Shown: positions 29,528-39,111, numbered from the stretch's first letter. The stretch: DNA of 48,567 bases from Candidatus Heimdallarchaeota archaeon (GCA_019057635.1 DXJL01000099.1:1-48567), one strand, 5' to 3'. The notes: generated by a model not told the origin, from the sequence alone. Program-made: numbers and translations.

Positions 29528-29541
29528 CAAATTTAGTCATG
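29426..29541 (+). ncRNA. Predicted omegaRNA (reRNA) scaffold / right end of the TnpB element; boundaries approximate
   Basis: Overlaps the tnpB 3' end as in known TnpB loci; blocks CAAGTARTCCCT and CCGGATAGCGGATGTGTGACTCRTCCTGTCCAGAAC are conserved in other copies. Confidence 0.6.
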
Positions 29542-29634
29542 AAGGACAAAAAAGCCAATAATAGAGAATTTCAAAATGTTTAGTGTATATTACCAGCAAT
29601 ATTGCGCATCTATCTGTGCTAATATTATTCGTGG

Positions 29635-30045
29635 TTATTCAATTACTGGGATCAGTCCTTTAAAATGGCTATCAAAAGTAGCAATGTAGACATTGCTCTC
29701 GAAGAGCTTTGCCATGACCAAAAGGGAGCAATCAGTAAATGAAAGTCCATTTTCAAAATATTTGAGAAATAATTCCCAAGTAGCTAAAAATTCTGTTTCA
29801 TTTAAATGAAGTAAAATAATTCGTGGTGAATCAAAAATATAATTTCCAATATCCTTAACTAAGTTTAGATCATGAGTTCTTACTAGTGTTAAGGTAACTG
29901 TTTCATCAAAAACAAAATTAGAAACAATTATTCTACCGAATTTTCCTGATAAACATTGTCTCATGATTTCTGTAGCTTTAATGTGATTAATATCATCAGA
30001 ATTACGTATAGCAAGTATTAACCCAGTATCTAAGAAAACAACCAT
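29635..30045 (-). CDS. PIN-domain (VapC-like) toxin
   Basis: VFLDTG, VFDETVT, LSFTDC, IATFDSHF acidic PIN motifs. Confidence 0.92.
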   Translation of the reverse strand: MVVFLDTGLILAIRNSDDINHIKATEIMRQCLSGKFGRIIVSNFVFDETVTLTLVRTHDLNLVKDIGNYIFDSPRIILLHLNETEFLATWELFLKYFENGLSFTDCSLLVMAKLFESNVYIATFDSHFKGLIPVIE

Positions 30046-30057
30046 GGAAATTCCTCA

Positions 30058-30318
30058 CTAATATAGATATTCATCCACTGTTGTAGAAGTGTCTTTAATA
30101 CCCCATTTTTCTGGTGTTTGGAGCAATTTCCAAGCAGAATCCTCCTCTAATTTTGGTAGATGATGATCATTTACTTCTTCTTCAAATTTTGTTGCTTCCC
30201 GTCTAATTAGTTGACCTAAAATTTCTTTCTTTGTCATCTTTTTCCCCATTAATATATAACGGGCTCTTAATCTGTCTAAAAGATCTTCATCATCCTTATT
30301 TAATCGAACTGTTGTCAT
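30058..30318 (-). CDS. Putative VapB-like antitoxin (RHH-type N-terminus)
   Basis: MTTVRL...DTSTTVDEYLY directly upstream of the PIN gene; ATG at 30318 with GTGAG upstream. Confidence 0.75.
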   Translation of the reverse strand: MTTVRLNKDDEDLLDRLRARYILMGKKMTKKEILGQLIRREATKFEEEVNDHHLPKLEEDSAWKLLQTPEKWGIKDTSTTVDEYLY

Positions 30319-30642
30319 GGGTCTCACTTTAATCAATATTAATTTAATAATTTGGAATCTTGAGCTCTCTATTATGTACAGACAGAGAAATCTACAAGTA
30401 TAAAAGTATATTTGTATCCCCAATGATTTTCACGGAAATTAAATAATATATTTAGATTGGCCTCGTTTGCTTTTAATAAGACATGTGGAGTGAGTCCAGA
30501 ATTCGGTAATTGAAACTGAAAGGAAATATAAAATCCTCCAGATCAAAATTCTAATCAACTTCTCTTGATACGTCATTGTTTACTGTGTTTCTGGAAGATG
30601 ATAGATGTTCTCACAAATACTGGGTAACTCTAGTGTGTCTGT

Positions 30643-31833
30643 TCAAAGGATTTTTCGGAGGATGTAATGACTCGCAAGATAACAAATGAGAACTGTTAAA
30701 GGAAAGACAAGCGTAAGTTTAACAATAGGGAAAAGCGGGATGGAGGCAAAAACAAGGGATATCGCAACAAGGATGGGTGCATGAACGAGGTACATATGAA
30801 AGGAGCTAGCAGATAGGTTCTGGAGCAAAATACCTTGATTGTTGAATTTTAAATAAAAAATCGGAATTAAAACAAAAATCATTCCCATACACATGATATT
30901 GTCGACCAGAGCAAAGACAAGAGCATGCAAATTGGGCCCTCCAAATACAACACTGTAATCTGCATCTATTCCCAGAAATATCAAAAAATACGTAAAAAAT
31001 AATACAACTGTTGCTATCATGATACTAGACCAGACTTTGATATGATCTTTCGATATCTTCTCAAACCAATCGTATCGAGCGGTGATGACACCGACCACGA
31101 ACATCATTAAATACTGAATCAAATAACCGAATGGGATTCCCAATGGAAATCTGTCTATGGGAGAAATTAAACGAACTAAAAAAGCAACGCATCCTAAGAT
31201 AATAGCTAAAAGGAGTAAATAGATATTTCTTGGTATGGATAATTCCTTCGGGATGTATTTCCGGAACGAATCAGACTTTGTTATCTGACGCCAAAGCGTA
31301 TAGACGAATGTGAATATGAGCAAGACGGAGAGAAACCACATAGGACCAGTATCTGTTAGGAAGTCTAGTACTCTTTCCAGTGATTGAAATTGGCTTAAAT
31401 AAAAATCTAGAAGAGATCCTTGTAGGTTTGGATTTGTATTCCAGGGTTGAATTCCTAACTCGGCTAGTATATAAAACAGAATAGGATTAATTAGCATAAT
31501 ATAGAGAAGGATAGGAATACCGAGACGAGTAAGTCGTTCTTTCCAGAAAGCAGTGACCCCTTTTCGATCATAACTTTTTGGAGTAAGAAAACCAGCAAGA
31601 AGGAAGAATAAGCCGAGAAGAGAAGCTTGAAAAATCCCTCCAAGTGAGGCTAATGTTTGAAAAAATATTGTACTGAAAAGATCAAGTGTATTTTCCTCAA
31701 TATAGTACCACCAACCTGACCCCTCATATGTGACCCTCGCATGATTGAAAATCACGAGAATAGCAAATAAGAGCTTAATATTATCAAGGAAGAGGAAGCG
31801 AGGTTTCTTAACTGCAGTAGATTCTGTATTCAT
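30643..31833 (-). CDS. Acyltransferase 3 family (OpgC/MdoC-like) membrane protein
   Basis: RFLFLDNIK..LVIFNH, FFLLAG, ERLTRLGIP, GPMWFL, MYLVH. Confidence 0.9.
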   Translation of the reverse strand: MNTESTAVKKPRFLFLDNIKLLFAILVIFNHARVTYEGSGWWYYIEENTLDLFSTIFFQTLASLGGIFQASLLGLFFLLAGFLTPKSYDRKGVTAFWKERLTRLGIPILLYIMLINPILFYILAELGIQPWNTNPNLQGSLLDFYLSQFQSLERVLDFLTDTGPMWFLSVLLIFTFVYTLWRQITKSDSFRKYIPKELSIPRNIYLLLLAIILGCVAFLVRLISPIDRFPLGIPFGYLIQYLMMFVVGVITARYDWFEKISKDHIKVWSSIMIATVVLFFTYFLIFLGIDADYSVVFGGPNLHALVFALVDNIMCMGMIFVLIPIFYLKFNNQGILLQNLSASSFHMYLVHAPILVAISLVFASIPLFPIVKLTLVFPLTVLICYLASHYILRKIL

Positions 31834-32088
31834 AAGAGCGATTCACCTTTGAGTAATTCCCGGTAGAGAGGTGATATCATAAGTGTTATACTTAAATAAT
31901 TTCGGAATAAAAAACGTGTATTACCACTGGTTATAGCTCATCTGTTATATGGTACCGTTGGATTTGTGAATTATGCAATAAAATTCAGAAATCCTCTCAG
32001 GACAGATTCTTTTTTTTAACAAACTCAAATTTTCTCGATTGGGGTCGAAGAGAAGTTTTTGATCTCCAAATAATTCCAAAAGAGTGTA

Positions 32089-32928
32089 TTGGAGGTCATT
32101 TTAATGCCCTTTAAATTCGAATTGAAACTGTTACTTAACGAAAGTATACCTTCTTATTGGTTCATTTTTCGTGAAAACTTGTTATTAGTAGAAATATTAG
32201 ATGATTCGGCCTCTATACCTTTTAACTCAAATTTAAGCGAATTTAATATGTCTTTAGAACTGAAACAACCAATCTATTTTGGGACATTTGAAAATATCCC
32301 TTGCCATTTTTTTGAAGCTTCCAATGATTTTGAAATTCCAAAGAAAATGTCATTTCAAAGTATCCGCAATTTATATGGTCTATTAAACGAAGACTTACTC
32401 TGGATAGCAGGAAGAGCTATTCAACTATTGGTTTGGGATAAAAATTCTCAATATTGTGGTCGATGTGGGACTCCTACAGAGATTGAGTTTGATGAACGAG
32501 CAAAAATATGTCCAGAATGCAGCTTACTTGTTTTTCCCCGAATTTCTCCCGCAATAATAGTTGGAATTATTGATCAAAAGAAAAAGAAGATATTATTGGC
32601 CAATGGAACACGTTTCCCCGCTAGCTTCTATAGTGTTCTTGCAGGTTTTGTTGAACCAGGTGAGACGCTTGAGGAATGTGTTAGAAGAGAAATCGCTGAA
32701 GAAGTAGGAATCGAAGTTAAAAATATTCGTTACTTTGGTAGCCAATCTTGGCCTTTTCCTGATTCTCTTATGATAGGTTTTCTTGCAGATTACGCAAATG
32801 GCCAAATTACAATAAATCCAATTGAGATAAACGATGCAAACTGGTTTACTGCAGATGATCTCCCTCAAATACCTGGTGAAATCAGTATTGCTAGAAAAAT
32901 CATTGACTGGTTTGTGCAAAATTACTGA
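32089..32928 (+). CDS. nudC: NAD(+)/NADH diphosphatase NudC
   Basis: YCGRCG..CPEC zinc ribbon, Nudix box GFVEPGETLEECVRREIAEEVG, SQSWPFPDS. Confidence 0.93.
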   Translation: MEVILMPFKFELKLLLNESIPSYWFIFRENLLLVEILDDSASIPFNSNLSEFNMSLELKQPIYFGTFENIPCHFFEASNDFEIPKKMSFQSIRNLYGLLNEDLLWIAGRAIQLLVWDKNSQYCGRCGTPTEIEFDERAKICPECSLLVFPRISPAIIVGIIDQKKKKILLANGTRFPASFYSVLAGFVEPGETLEECVRREIAEEVGIEVKNIRYFGSQSWPFPDSLMIGFLADYANGQITINPIEINDANWFTADDLPQIPGEISIARKIIDWFVQNY

Positions 32929-33021
32929 AATCCACTTCAAAGATTTAGAAAGTTGTTTATGCATAAAAAAAGAATACCAATGCACTTTGACTACATTGGA
33001 AATTATAATTCTGCATTTAAT

Positions 33022-33876
33022 TTATTTAAATTCTCGTTTCTGGAAGTAAGGATTATCGAAAATCAGCAAAGCTAGGAGAAGTGAAACTACCCCAATTATA
33101 ATAATGAAGATCACTTGTCCAAAGGGGTAAGCGCCATAGCCTACGTTGATGATATCATCTACAATTTTGATTCCATCCAGGTAATAGTAAAAGGAAGTTA
33201 ACTGGAGCATATCTGCCATAGCGGGATCAGCTATTCTAAGCAGACCTGCAATCGTTTTGAGAATGTAAGAACCTCCAAGGAACAAGCCACCAAATCCCAG
33301 TGTTTTTCCAGTATCCATGAAGACGACGGAGATAAGTATTACCATACAGGTAAGAGACAAATAAAGAATCCATCGACTCAATAGTCCTAAAAAGTAGGCT
33401 TCCAGTCCACGAGGATTGAATTTAATTCCAGGAATAATTACTGATGCTAAAATTGCTGCAGCAAATGTAAAAATCGGATAAGAGAGAGTGATAGTGATAA
33501 ATGCAAAGACTTTCTCCAAAAGGAATCGCCATCGGGGAACGGGGAAGCTCAATATGAAATCCAGACTTCCACTATCCACTTCACGTGTAATACACTGTAC
33601 GCCAAACAGTAGAATGAGGCCCATAAAGAAAATATCAGATATAATGAACAACTCCATAGTAAGCAATGATTCAAGAGAGGTCAAACCTACTCCTTCACCA
33701 AGTAGGGCCTGATAGATTGGAAGTTCCATCATCTCTTGCAGCATTTCTACATACGGCTCAAAAGAGGGCCAGATTGCTACCATTAAGAACGAAAATACTG
33801 CCGTCACAAAGGAGATTGCAGACCAAGAAAACCATTTTTTACGCAATTGTTTTGTGTAAATGTGAAACATATTCAT
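33022..33876 (-). CDS. ABC-2 type transporter permease
   Basis: ITREVDSGSLDFILSFPVPRWRFLLEK motif, 6 TM. Confidence 0.88.
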   Translation of the reverse strand: MNMFHIYTKQLRKKWFSWSAISFVTAVFSFLMVAIWPSFEPYVEMLQEMMELPIYQALLGEGVGLTSLESLLTMELFIISDIFFMGLILLFGVQCITREVDSGSLDFILSFPVPRWRFLLEKVFAFITITLSYPIFTFAAAILASVIIPGIKFNPRGLEAYFLGLLSRWILYLSLTCMVILISVVFMDTGKTLGFGGLFLGGSYILKTIAGLLRIADPAMADMLQLTSFYYYLDGIKIVDDIINVGYGAYPFGQVIFIIIIGVVSLLLALLIFDNPYFQKREFK

Positions 33877-34838
33877 TTCTCCTCCGCTAACAAATCTAAT
33901 TCATCTTTATAGTAAGTAAGAAAGATATCTTCTAAACTACTGTCTTCTAAAGTCATCCTCTTGACCCGCCGCGAAGTAACAAACTTCAATAGATCATTCA
34001 CATCCTCTTTAACCTTAACAAAAAAGGTATTGGCTTTTTTCTCGACACTAAATACATTCGGAATAGCTTGGAATTCATCTAGGTCGGGGATCTCCCCATT
34101 GACGAATTCAACTGACAGAAGCTGCATGGATTTTCTTCGGAGTTCTTTAACAGTTTCAATAACGATGATTTTTCCCTTCCTAATGATACCCACGCGATCA
34201 CAAATTGCTTGCACTTCAGTTAGATTGTGACTCGAGAGAAAAATCGTTTTGTCCTCATCTCGCATCTGTAGGAGTAAACGATGGAATCTCGTAGCCATCA
34301 AGGGGTCTAGACCACTTGAGGGTTCATCTAAGATGACAAAGTCAGGATTGGAAGCTAAAGCTGTAATAATTATTACTTGCTGACGATTCCCTGTCGATAA
34401 GCTTTTGAAGTCGAGAGTGAGGTCTACCTTAAAAATAGACTTCAACTTTTTCAGAAATTTCTGATCGATGAGACGAAATTTCCCAAAATACGAAATTATC
34501 TCCTCTCCTGTGAAATTTCCATATAAATCAATTTCACTGCGAATAAAACCAAGGCTCTCTTTAATTTCTAAGGCATCTTTCAGGTAATCGAGACCGTTAA
34601 TTTTTATTGTCCCTGATTGGATGGATAGAAATCCAAGAATAGAACGGATAGTAGTCGTCTTCCCTGCGCCATTGGGTCCAAGAAATCCGAAAATTTCTCC
34701 TTTCTTTACTGAGAAACTCGCATCATCCACTGCAACGATACGATGCCCAATTTTACGGGGTCCTAATTGAAATTCCCTTCCATAGACCTTGGTTAAGTTC
34801 GAAACTTGAAGAACAGTTACATTCTTACTGGCACTCAT
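33873..34838 (-). CDS. ABC-2 type transporter ATP-binding protein
   Basis: GPNGAGKT, LSTGNRQ, ILDEPSSGLDP, SSH. Confidence 0.93.
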   Translation of the reverse strand: MSASKNVTVLQVSNLTKVYGREFQLGPRKIGHRIVAVDDASFSVKKGEIFGFLGPNGAGKTTTIRSILGFLSIQSGTIKINGLDYLKDALEIKESLGFIRSEIDLYGNFTGEEIISYFGKFRLIDQKFLKKLKSIFKVDLTLDFKSLSTGNRQQVIIITALASNPDFVILDEPSSGLDPLMATRFHRLLLQMRDEDKTIFLSSHNLTEVQAICDRVGIIRKGKIIVIETVKELRRKSMQLLSVEFVNGEIPDLDEFQAIPNVFSVEKKANTFFVKVKEDVNDLLKFVTSRRVKRMTLEDSSLEDIFLTYYKDELDLLAEEK

Positions 34839-35000
34839 TTTTTAATGCTCCACATTGGTTGCGAAAGTGATACAATTTATACAAATATAAATACTTATTT
34901 ACGTAGTGCCTTCTTCTTCTTCTTTTGTCGCGATAGTATTCACAACAAGCTTGGATGAGAGATTCAACGAGAGATTCTTTTCAATCCAATATTAAAAATA

Positions 35001-35061
35001 TACATCGCAAAATACACGTCTGTTTTATTAAAGCCAGCTTTCGTCAAATACAAGTAATAAT
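35001..35061 (+). repeat. 61 bp dispersed repeat, copy A
   Basis: Ungapped 46/61 match to 37787-37847; core TTAAAGCYRGCTTTCGTCAAATA. Confidence 0.7.
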
Positions 35062-35132
35062 TGGAGGTGTTATTGAAGCAACTCGAGTAATGAAAAAAGA
35101 TTAATTATATTACAAGGTTAATGCGAATAGCT

Positions 35133-35495
35133 CATGACTAAATTTGTCAGACAACGCAGTAATACCGCGTTCTGGACAGGATGAGTCACACATCCGCTAT
35201 CCGGAAAAAAACCAATTCAACTGGTGAATTTATTTTCGAGGGACTACTTGTTACTAGGGGATTGGCATTCTCTTTTGATTCCTCGAATTTCTGAAACCGC
35301 TGGCCTTACTCCCCTCACCTTTGACGGGTAACTCGTCTAACGTAGTTACGAGGGAGGTATTCCAAAAACTTTGAGCTCTTTTCTATTTATCACCTCCAAT
35401 TATTAAGGATTTAAGGGGAGATGTCCTTTTAAGGCTTTCAGAGAGAGAGTAAGGTGAAAATGAGAATATATATTTGTCGTACAAATTTGATCATG
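35133..35495 (-). mobile_element. 363 bp non-autonomous (MITE-like) derivative of the TnpB element
   Basis: 35133-35155 identical (23/23) to the right repeat; 35169-35204 matches 29471-29506 at 35/36; 35302-35353 homologous to tnpB 28973-29024; opposite repeat at 35473-35495 (18/23). Confidence 0.8.
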
Positions 35496-35527
35496 TACGA
35501 GACCATACCTAAAACAAAGATACTGAA

Positions 35528-36568
35528 TTGAATCTGATGCACTGCCCACTTCTTGATCAAGGAATGAAACCTGGTAAGTGCTTAACATCGACAAGTACAG
35601 GTGATTTGAAAAAAGCTTGTGAAGTGACCTTGAAAATTGAAAATGGAAATTGCAAGCGATTAATTAAATCAATACACCTCTCCAGACCCGAGGATTATTT
35701 GAGTATATACCAAAGTGGATGCAATCACGATTGTCTCAAATGCCACTCTGCTGATTTTTCTAAAAAGGTAAATGGCAATTGGTTTAGTAATGATAGTATA
35801 GCTAAAATTGCTGCAGAGTATTCTTCTTACGTTACTGTCACCGAACCGCGTTCTAGGGCAACCATGTGGCATGCAGATGATCTATGTCTTCATTGTGGGT
35901 CTTGTATTACATATGGCAAACGATCTCCTCAATGCCCTAATAAGCTAGAACCTTCACAGGTAGTTCTTTCACCACAAGGGTTTGGTCCTGCTCGAAATAT
36001 CGTAGCTTTTACGGGAGGAGATCTAACATGCAATCCTGACTATTACGCCAGAGTATCTGAAAGGATTAAGGAACACACCAATGGAAAATTATGGGTATTA
36101 ATTGAGACAAATGGATATGCATTGACACGTCAGAACCTAGAAGTATTGAAAGCGAGTCAGGTAGACTCCTACTGGTTGGATATTAAGGCCTATGATAATA
36201 AGGTCTACAAAAAATTATGTGGAACTTCTAATACAACAGTTTTAGAGTCTGTCAAACACATTGTTGATTTAGAGTTTACTTTGGAAGTGTTAACGTTATT
36301 TATTCCAGGATATGTAGAAACTGATCAACATATTCAAATTGCCCGTTTAATTGCCAACATTAATCCTGATATACCAACCTCACTCCTTGCTTTCTTTCCA
36401 ACATATAAATTAGCTAATAACCGTCCTCCTACTTTTGATGAGATGTTAACAAGTTATTCTGCTATGAAAGGTGAAGGAATAAAGAACTTGAGATTAGGAA
36501 ATCTCGGTGTCTTCGCAAAAACACCTGAAGAGCAGCTCAAAATATATGAACTGCAAAAGAATGAGTAG
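35528..36568 (+). CDS. Radical SAM protein (PFL-activase/AmmeMemoRadiSam-related)
   Basis: GCNHDCLKCH, FTGGD, ETNG, WLDIK; extra CLHCGSC insert. Confidence 0.88.
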   Translation: MNLMHCPLLDQGMKPGKCLTSTSTGDLKKACEVTLKIENGNCKRLIKSIHLSRPEDYLSIYQSGCNHDCLKCHSADFSKKVNGNWFSNDSIAKIAAEYSSYVTVTEPRSRATMWHADDLCLHCGSCITYGKRSPQCPNKLEPSQVVLSPQGFGPARNIVAFTGGDLTCNPDYYARVSERIKEHTNGKLWVLIETNGYALTRQNLEVLKASQVDSYWLDIKAYDNKVYKKLCGTSNTTVLESVKHIVDLEFTLEVLTLFIPGYVETDQHIQIARLIANINPDIPTSLLAFFPTYKLANNRPPTFDEMLTSYSAMKGEGIKNLRLGNLGVFAKTPEEQLKIYELQKNE

Positions 36569-36577
36569 ATAAATTCC

Positions 36578-37615
36578 ATGACGTCTAAAGCTGGAAAAAA
36601 ACCATTCAGAAGAGAAACACTCCTTTATCACCAACTAGATAATGATGTGGTTCGATGTAACACTTGTTCGCATCAATGTACAATACTGAAGGATACCTTG
36701 GGATTATGCAAGACAAAAAGGAATGAAAAGGGAATTTTGTACTCATTAAATTGCGGAATGGTGTCCTCCTATTCAGTCAATCCTATTGAAAAGAAACCAC
36801 TATTTCATTATTATCCTGGTTCGTATGCTTTGACTATAGGTAGTATATCGTGTAATTTTGATTGCCCATGGTGTCAAAATTGGAGTATCAGTAAAACAAA
36901 TCCAGCTCAAGTCTTAAAGCCTGTGTTTACACCCCCAGAAGAGATAGTACAAAAGATCAACAGTGATAGCAGGATAACTGGAATATCTGTTTCCTTTAAT
37001 GAACCCACATTATCATTAGAATATGCTATTGATATTTTCAATCTTCTAAATAGTGAGATTTACAAAATGTTTGTGACAAATGGTTATATGACCCAACAAG
37101 CATTAGGTCTGCTAATCGAATCAGGATTAACAGGAATGAGTGTTACGATTAAAGGTGATGAATCAACGGTTAAAAAATATTGTAAGGCCGATGTAAACAA
37201 GGTTTGGGAAAACATTCATAATGCAAACAATCAGGAAGTCCATGTAGAGATTATATGCTTGATAATTCCAACAGTAAATGATAATCATCAGTTCTACAAA
37301 GAAGTAACAAATAAAATACTCTCCATCAATGAGAACATACCTTTACATTTTACTAGATTCTTTCCAGATTACCAATTCACTCACGTTGAGCCAACACCAA
37401 TTGACACATTGGAGAAGGCCCACGCTATAGCAGAACAAATGGGCCTAAATTATGTATACTTAGGAAATATCTATGGTCATCCATTAGAAAATACCTATTG
37501 TCATCAATGCAATATTTTACTAATAAAGCGAACTGGGTATCAGATTTCTTTTTTTATTGATTTAGAACTCAGAAAATGTCCGAATTGTGGAGAAGAAATT
37601 CCCATAAAGTGCTAA
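36578..37615 (+). CDS. AmmeMemoRadiSam-type radical SAM enzyme
   Basis: PIEKKPLFHYYPG, CNFDCPWCQNWSIS, FNEPT, LHFTRFFP, YVYLGN, NTYC. Confidence 0.9.
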   Translation: MTSKAGKKPFRRETLLYHQLDNDVVRCNTCSHQCTILKDTLGLCKTKRNEKGILYSLNCGMVSSYSVNPIEKKPLFHYYPGSYALTIGSISCNFDCPWCQNWSISKTNPAQVLKPVFTPPEEIVQKINSDSRITGISVSFNEPTLSLEYAIDIFNLLNSEIYKMFVTNGYMTQQALGLLIESGLTGMSVTIKGDESTVKKYCKADVNKVWENIHNANNQEVHVEIICLIIPTVNDNHQFYKEVTNKILSINENIPLHFTRFFPDYQFTHVEPTPIDTLEKAHAIAEQMGLNYVYLGNIYGHPLENTYCHQCNILLIKRTGYQISFFIDLELRKCPNCGEEIPIKC

Positions 37616-37786
37616 GAAGCAGCTAAATCAAATAAAGAAAAAAGGGGGAATTAATATTTGAAAAACAAATACTAAAGCATATTTAAAGGTAGCTTTGATC
37701 ATTTCGATAAGGAATTCTTCAGAAAATCTGGATTTCGTCAAATCGGTGTTGTTGTAGATCTAAGTCAGACAAATTATTCGATCTAT

Positions 37787-37847
37787 TACTTCGCCAAATG
37801 GCTGTTTGTATATTTAAAGCTGGCTTTCGTCAAATAGAACTTATAAT
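37787..37847 (+). repeat. 61 bp dispersed repeat, copy B
   Basis: Matches 35001-35061; extra TTCGTCAAAT box at ~37734. Confidence 0.7.
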
Positions 37848-37929
37848 CGTTAAAGCTAACTTCCGATGAAAAAAAAAAGGGGGGTTGATTAGAAATGGCA
37901 GGAATTCAATATTATCCAGGGAATTGTAT

Positions 37930-38895
37930 CTATTCCTTGATTTCCTTGTAATAACAGTATAACGATGTATATTGCCAATTAATGACGAAAAGCTGCATAA
38001 AAGCGCCCAATATCAGCAACAAGAAGATATTTAGAAAGATACCTGCCAAATCTTCTGGTATAGCGTGAGTTGCTGTGACAATGCCGTTTATAGGTAAGTA
38101 AACCACCATCATAGAAAGTAAACCGATAATGTGAAGAAAAATCACTGCGATGACAACAGAAGCGAATTTTTGGCTATATAACTTCCAACTTTCAACAATA
38201 CTGCTTATTCCCGCGTTATCTACGACGACTGCGGTGATTGCTAGAAAATAAGGACCGATTAGCAGAGTAATGATAAGAAGATTAACTACCGTTGAAATGA
38301 TATCTAAAAGAGCGAGATCTACAGTCGTATCAAAGAGAGGAAAACTAAAAACAACGGGCGCATTGGGATCACTGAGCAGATGAAAAATTTCGGCAGCAAC
38401 TAGTAATGGAATTCCGATAATGATGATCGTCACGATAGCTACAACTGTTAATGGGAGGATTAGTGGGACTATCTCCTTGAAATTATCTTCTAGCCTGACA
38501 TCATCACTTTTAGCCCGTTGGTGAGCCACATTTTGGATTACTCCAGTTATAACTGTTACAATGATCACCAGCACAAACATTGTCGTGAATGCCGAGATCC
38601 AAAACCCAAGATTCTTTGACATCAGCTGAAGTAAAGCAGGTGTAATTAACGTGCCTTTCTCAATTGTAACACTAAAGCTCTGATTAGCTGCAAATATTGC
38701 GATGAGAAAACCTAAAGGTGTAATTACACCGAATGCTATAAAACCTAACACCATCTGGACGACTATTTGTCTTAACCAAACTTGTTTCCAGGCATCAAAT
38801 CCTTTTTTAAACCCGTCTATAATTTCAAACAACATTTTTACCTCTATTCTCATTATCCAAAATAATTTTTTTTTGCCACTTACAGATATCCTCAT
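37930..38895 (-). CDS. Hypothetical multi-pass membrane protein (start probably ~38835)
   Basis: About 6 long hydrophobic segments; SSIVESWKL motif typical of DUF7847/DUF975-like proteins. Confidence 0.75.
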   Translation of the reverse strand: MRISVSGKKKLFWIMRIEVKMLFEIIDGFKKGFDAWKQVWLRQIVVQMVLGFIAFGVITPLGFLIAIFAANQSFSVTIEKGTLITPALLQLMSKNLGFWISAFTTMFVLVIIVTVITGVIQNVAHQRAKSDDVRLEDNFKEIVPLILPLTVVAIVTIIIIGIPLLVAAEIFHLLSDPNAPVVFSFPLFDTTVDLALLDIISTVVNLLIITLLIGPYFLAITAVVVDNAGISSIVESWKLYSQKFASVVIAVIFLHIIGLLSMMVVYLPINGIVTATHAIPEDLAGIFLNIFLLLILGAFMQLFVINWQYTSLYCYYKEIKE

Positions 38896-39111
38896 TTTTA
38901 TTGAAAAACGAGGAAGTTAAGTGCTTTTCCCTACTTATAAATGTTTTATATACCTAATATAGTAATTTTTCATCATTTAAAGAAAAATTTCATCCTTTTG
39001 TTTTTATTTTCTCCTCTTTCCGACCTTTGAGACAATCTTGCTATTAGTGGAGTCTTCATCATAATCGTCATTATCATCATCATCATAATCGATGCCATTA
39101 GAAACGTTGAT

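Larger units (their letters stand above)
28206..29541 (+). mobile_element. TnpB-only element bounded by 23 bp inverted repeats
   Basis: CATGATTAAATTTGTCTGACAAC (28206-28228) and GTTGTCTGACAAATTTAGTCATG (29519-29541), 21/23 complementary; interior visibly more GC-rich; no transposase gene. Confidence 0.8.

Noticed and set aside
29484-29541. Integron attC site
   Set aside because: The outer boxes are GAC/GTC rather than AAC/GTT, there is no integrase, and neighbouring genes are not a co-oriented cassette array.
38976-39098. Alternative minus-strand mini-ORF MASIMMMMIMTIMMK...
   Set aside because: A frame-shifted reading of the same ATC-rich tract; the frame continuous with the upstream gene is more protein-like.
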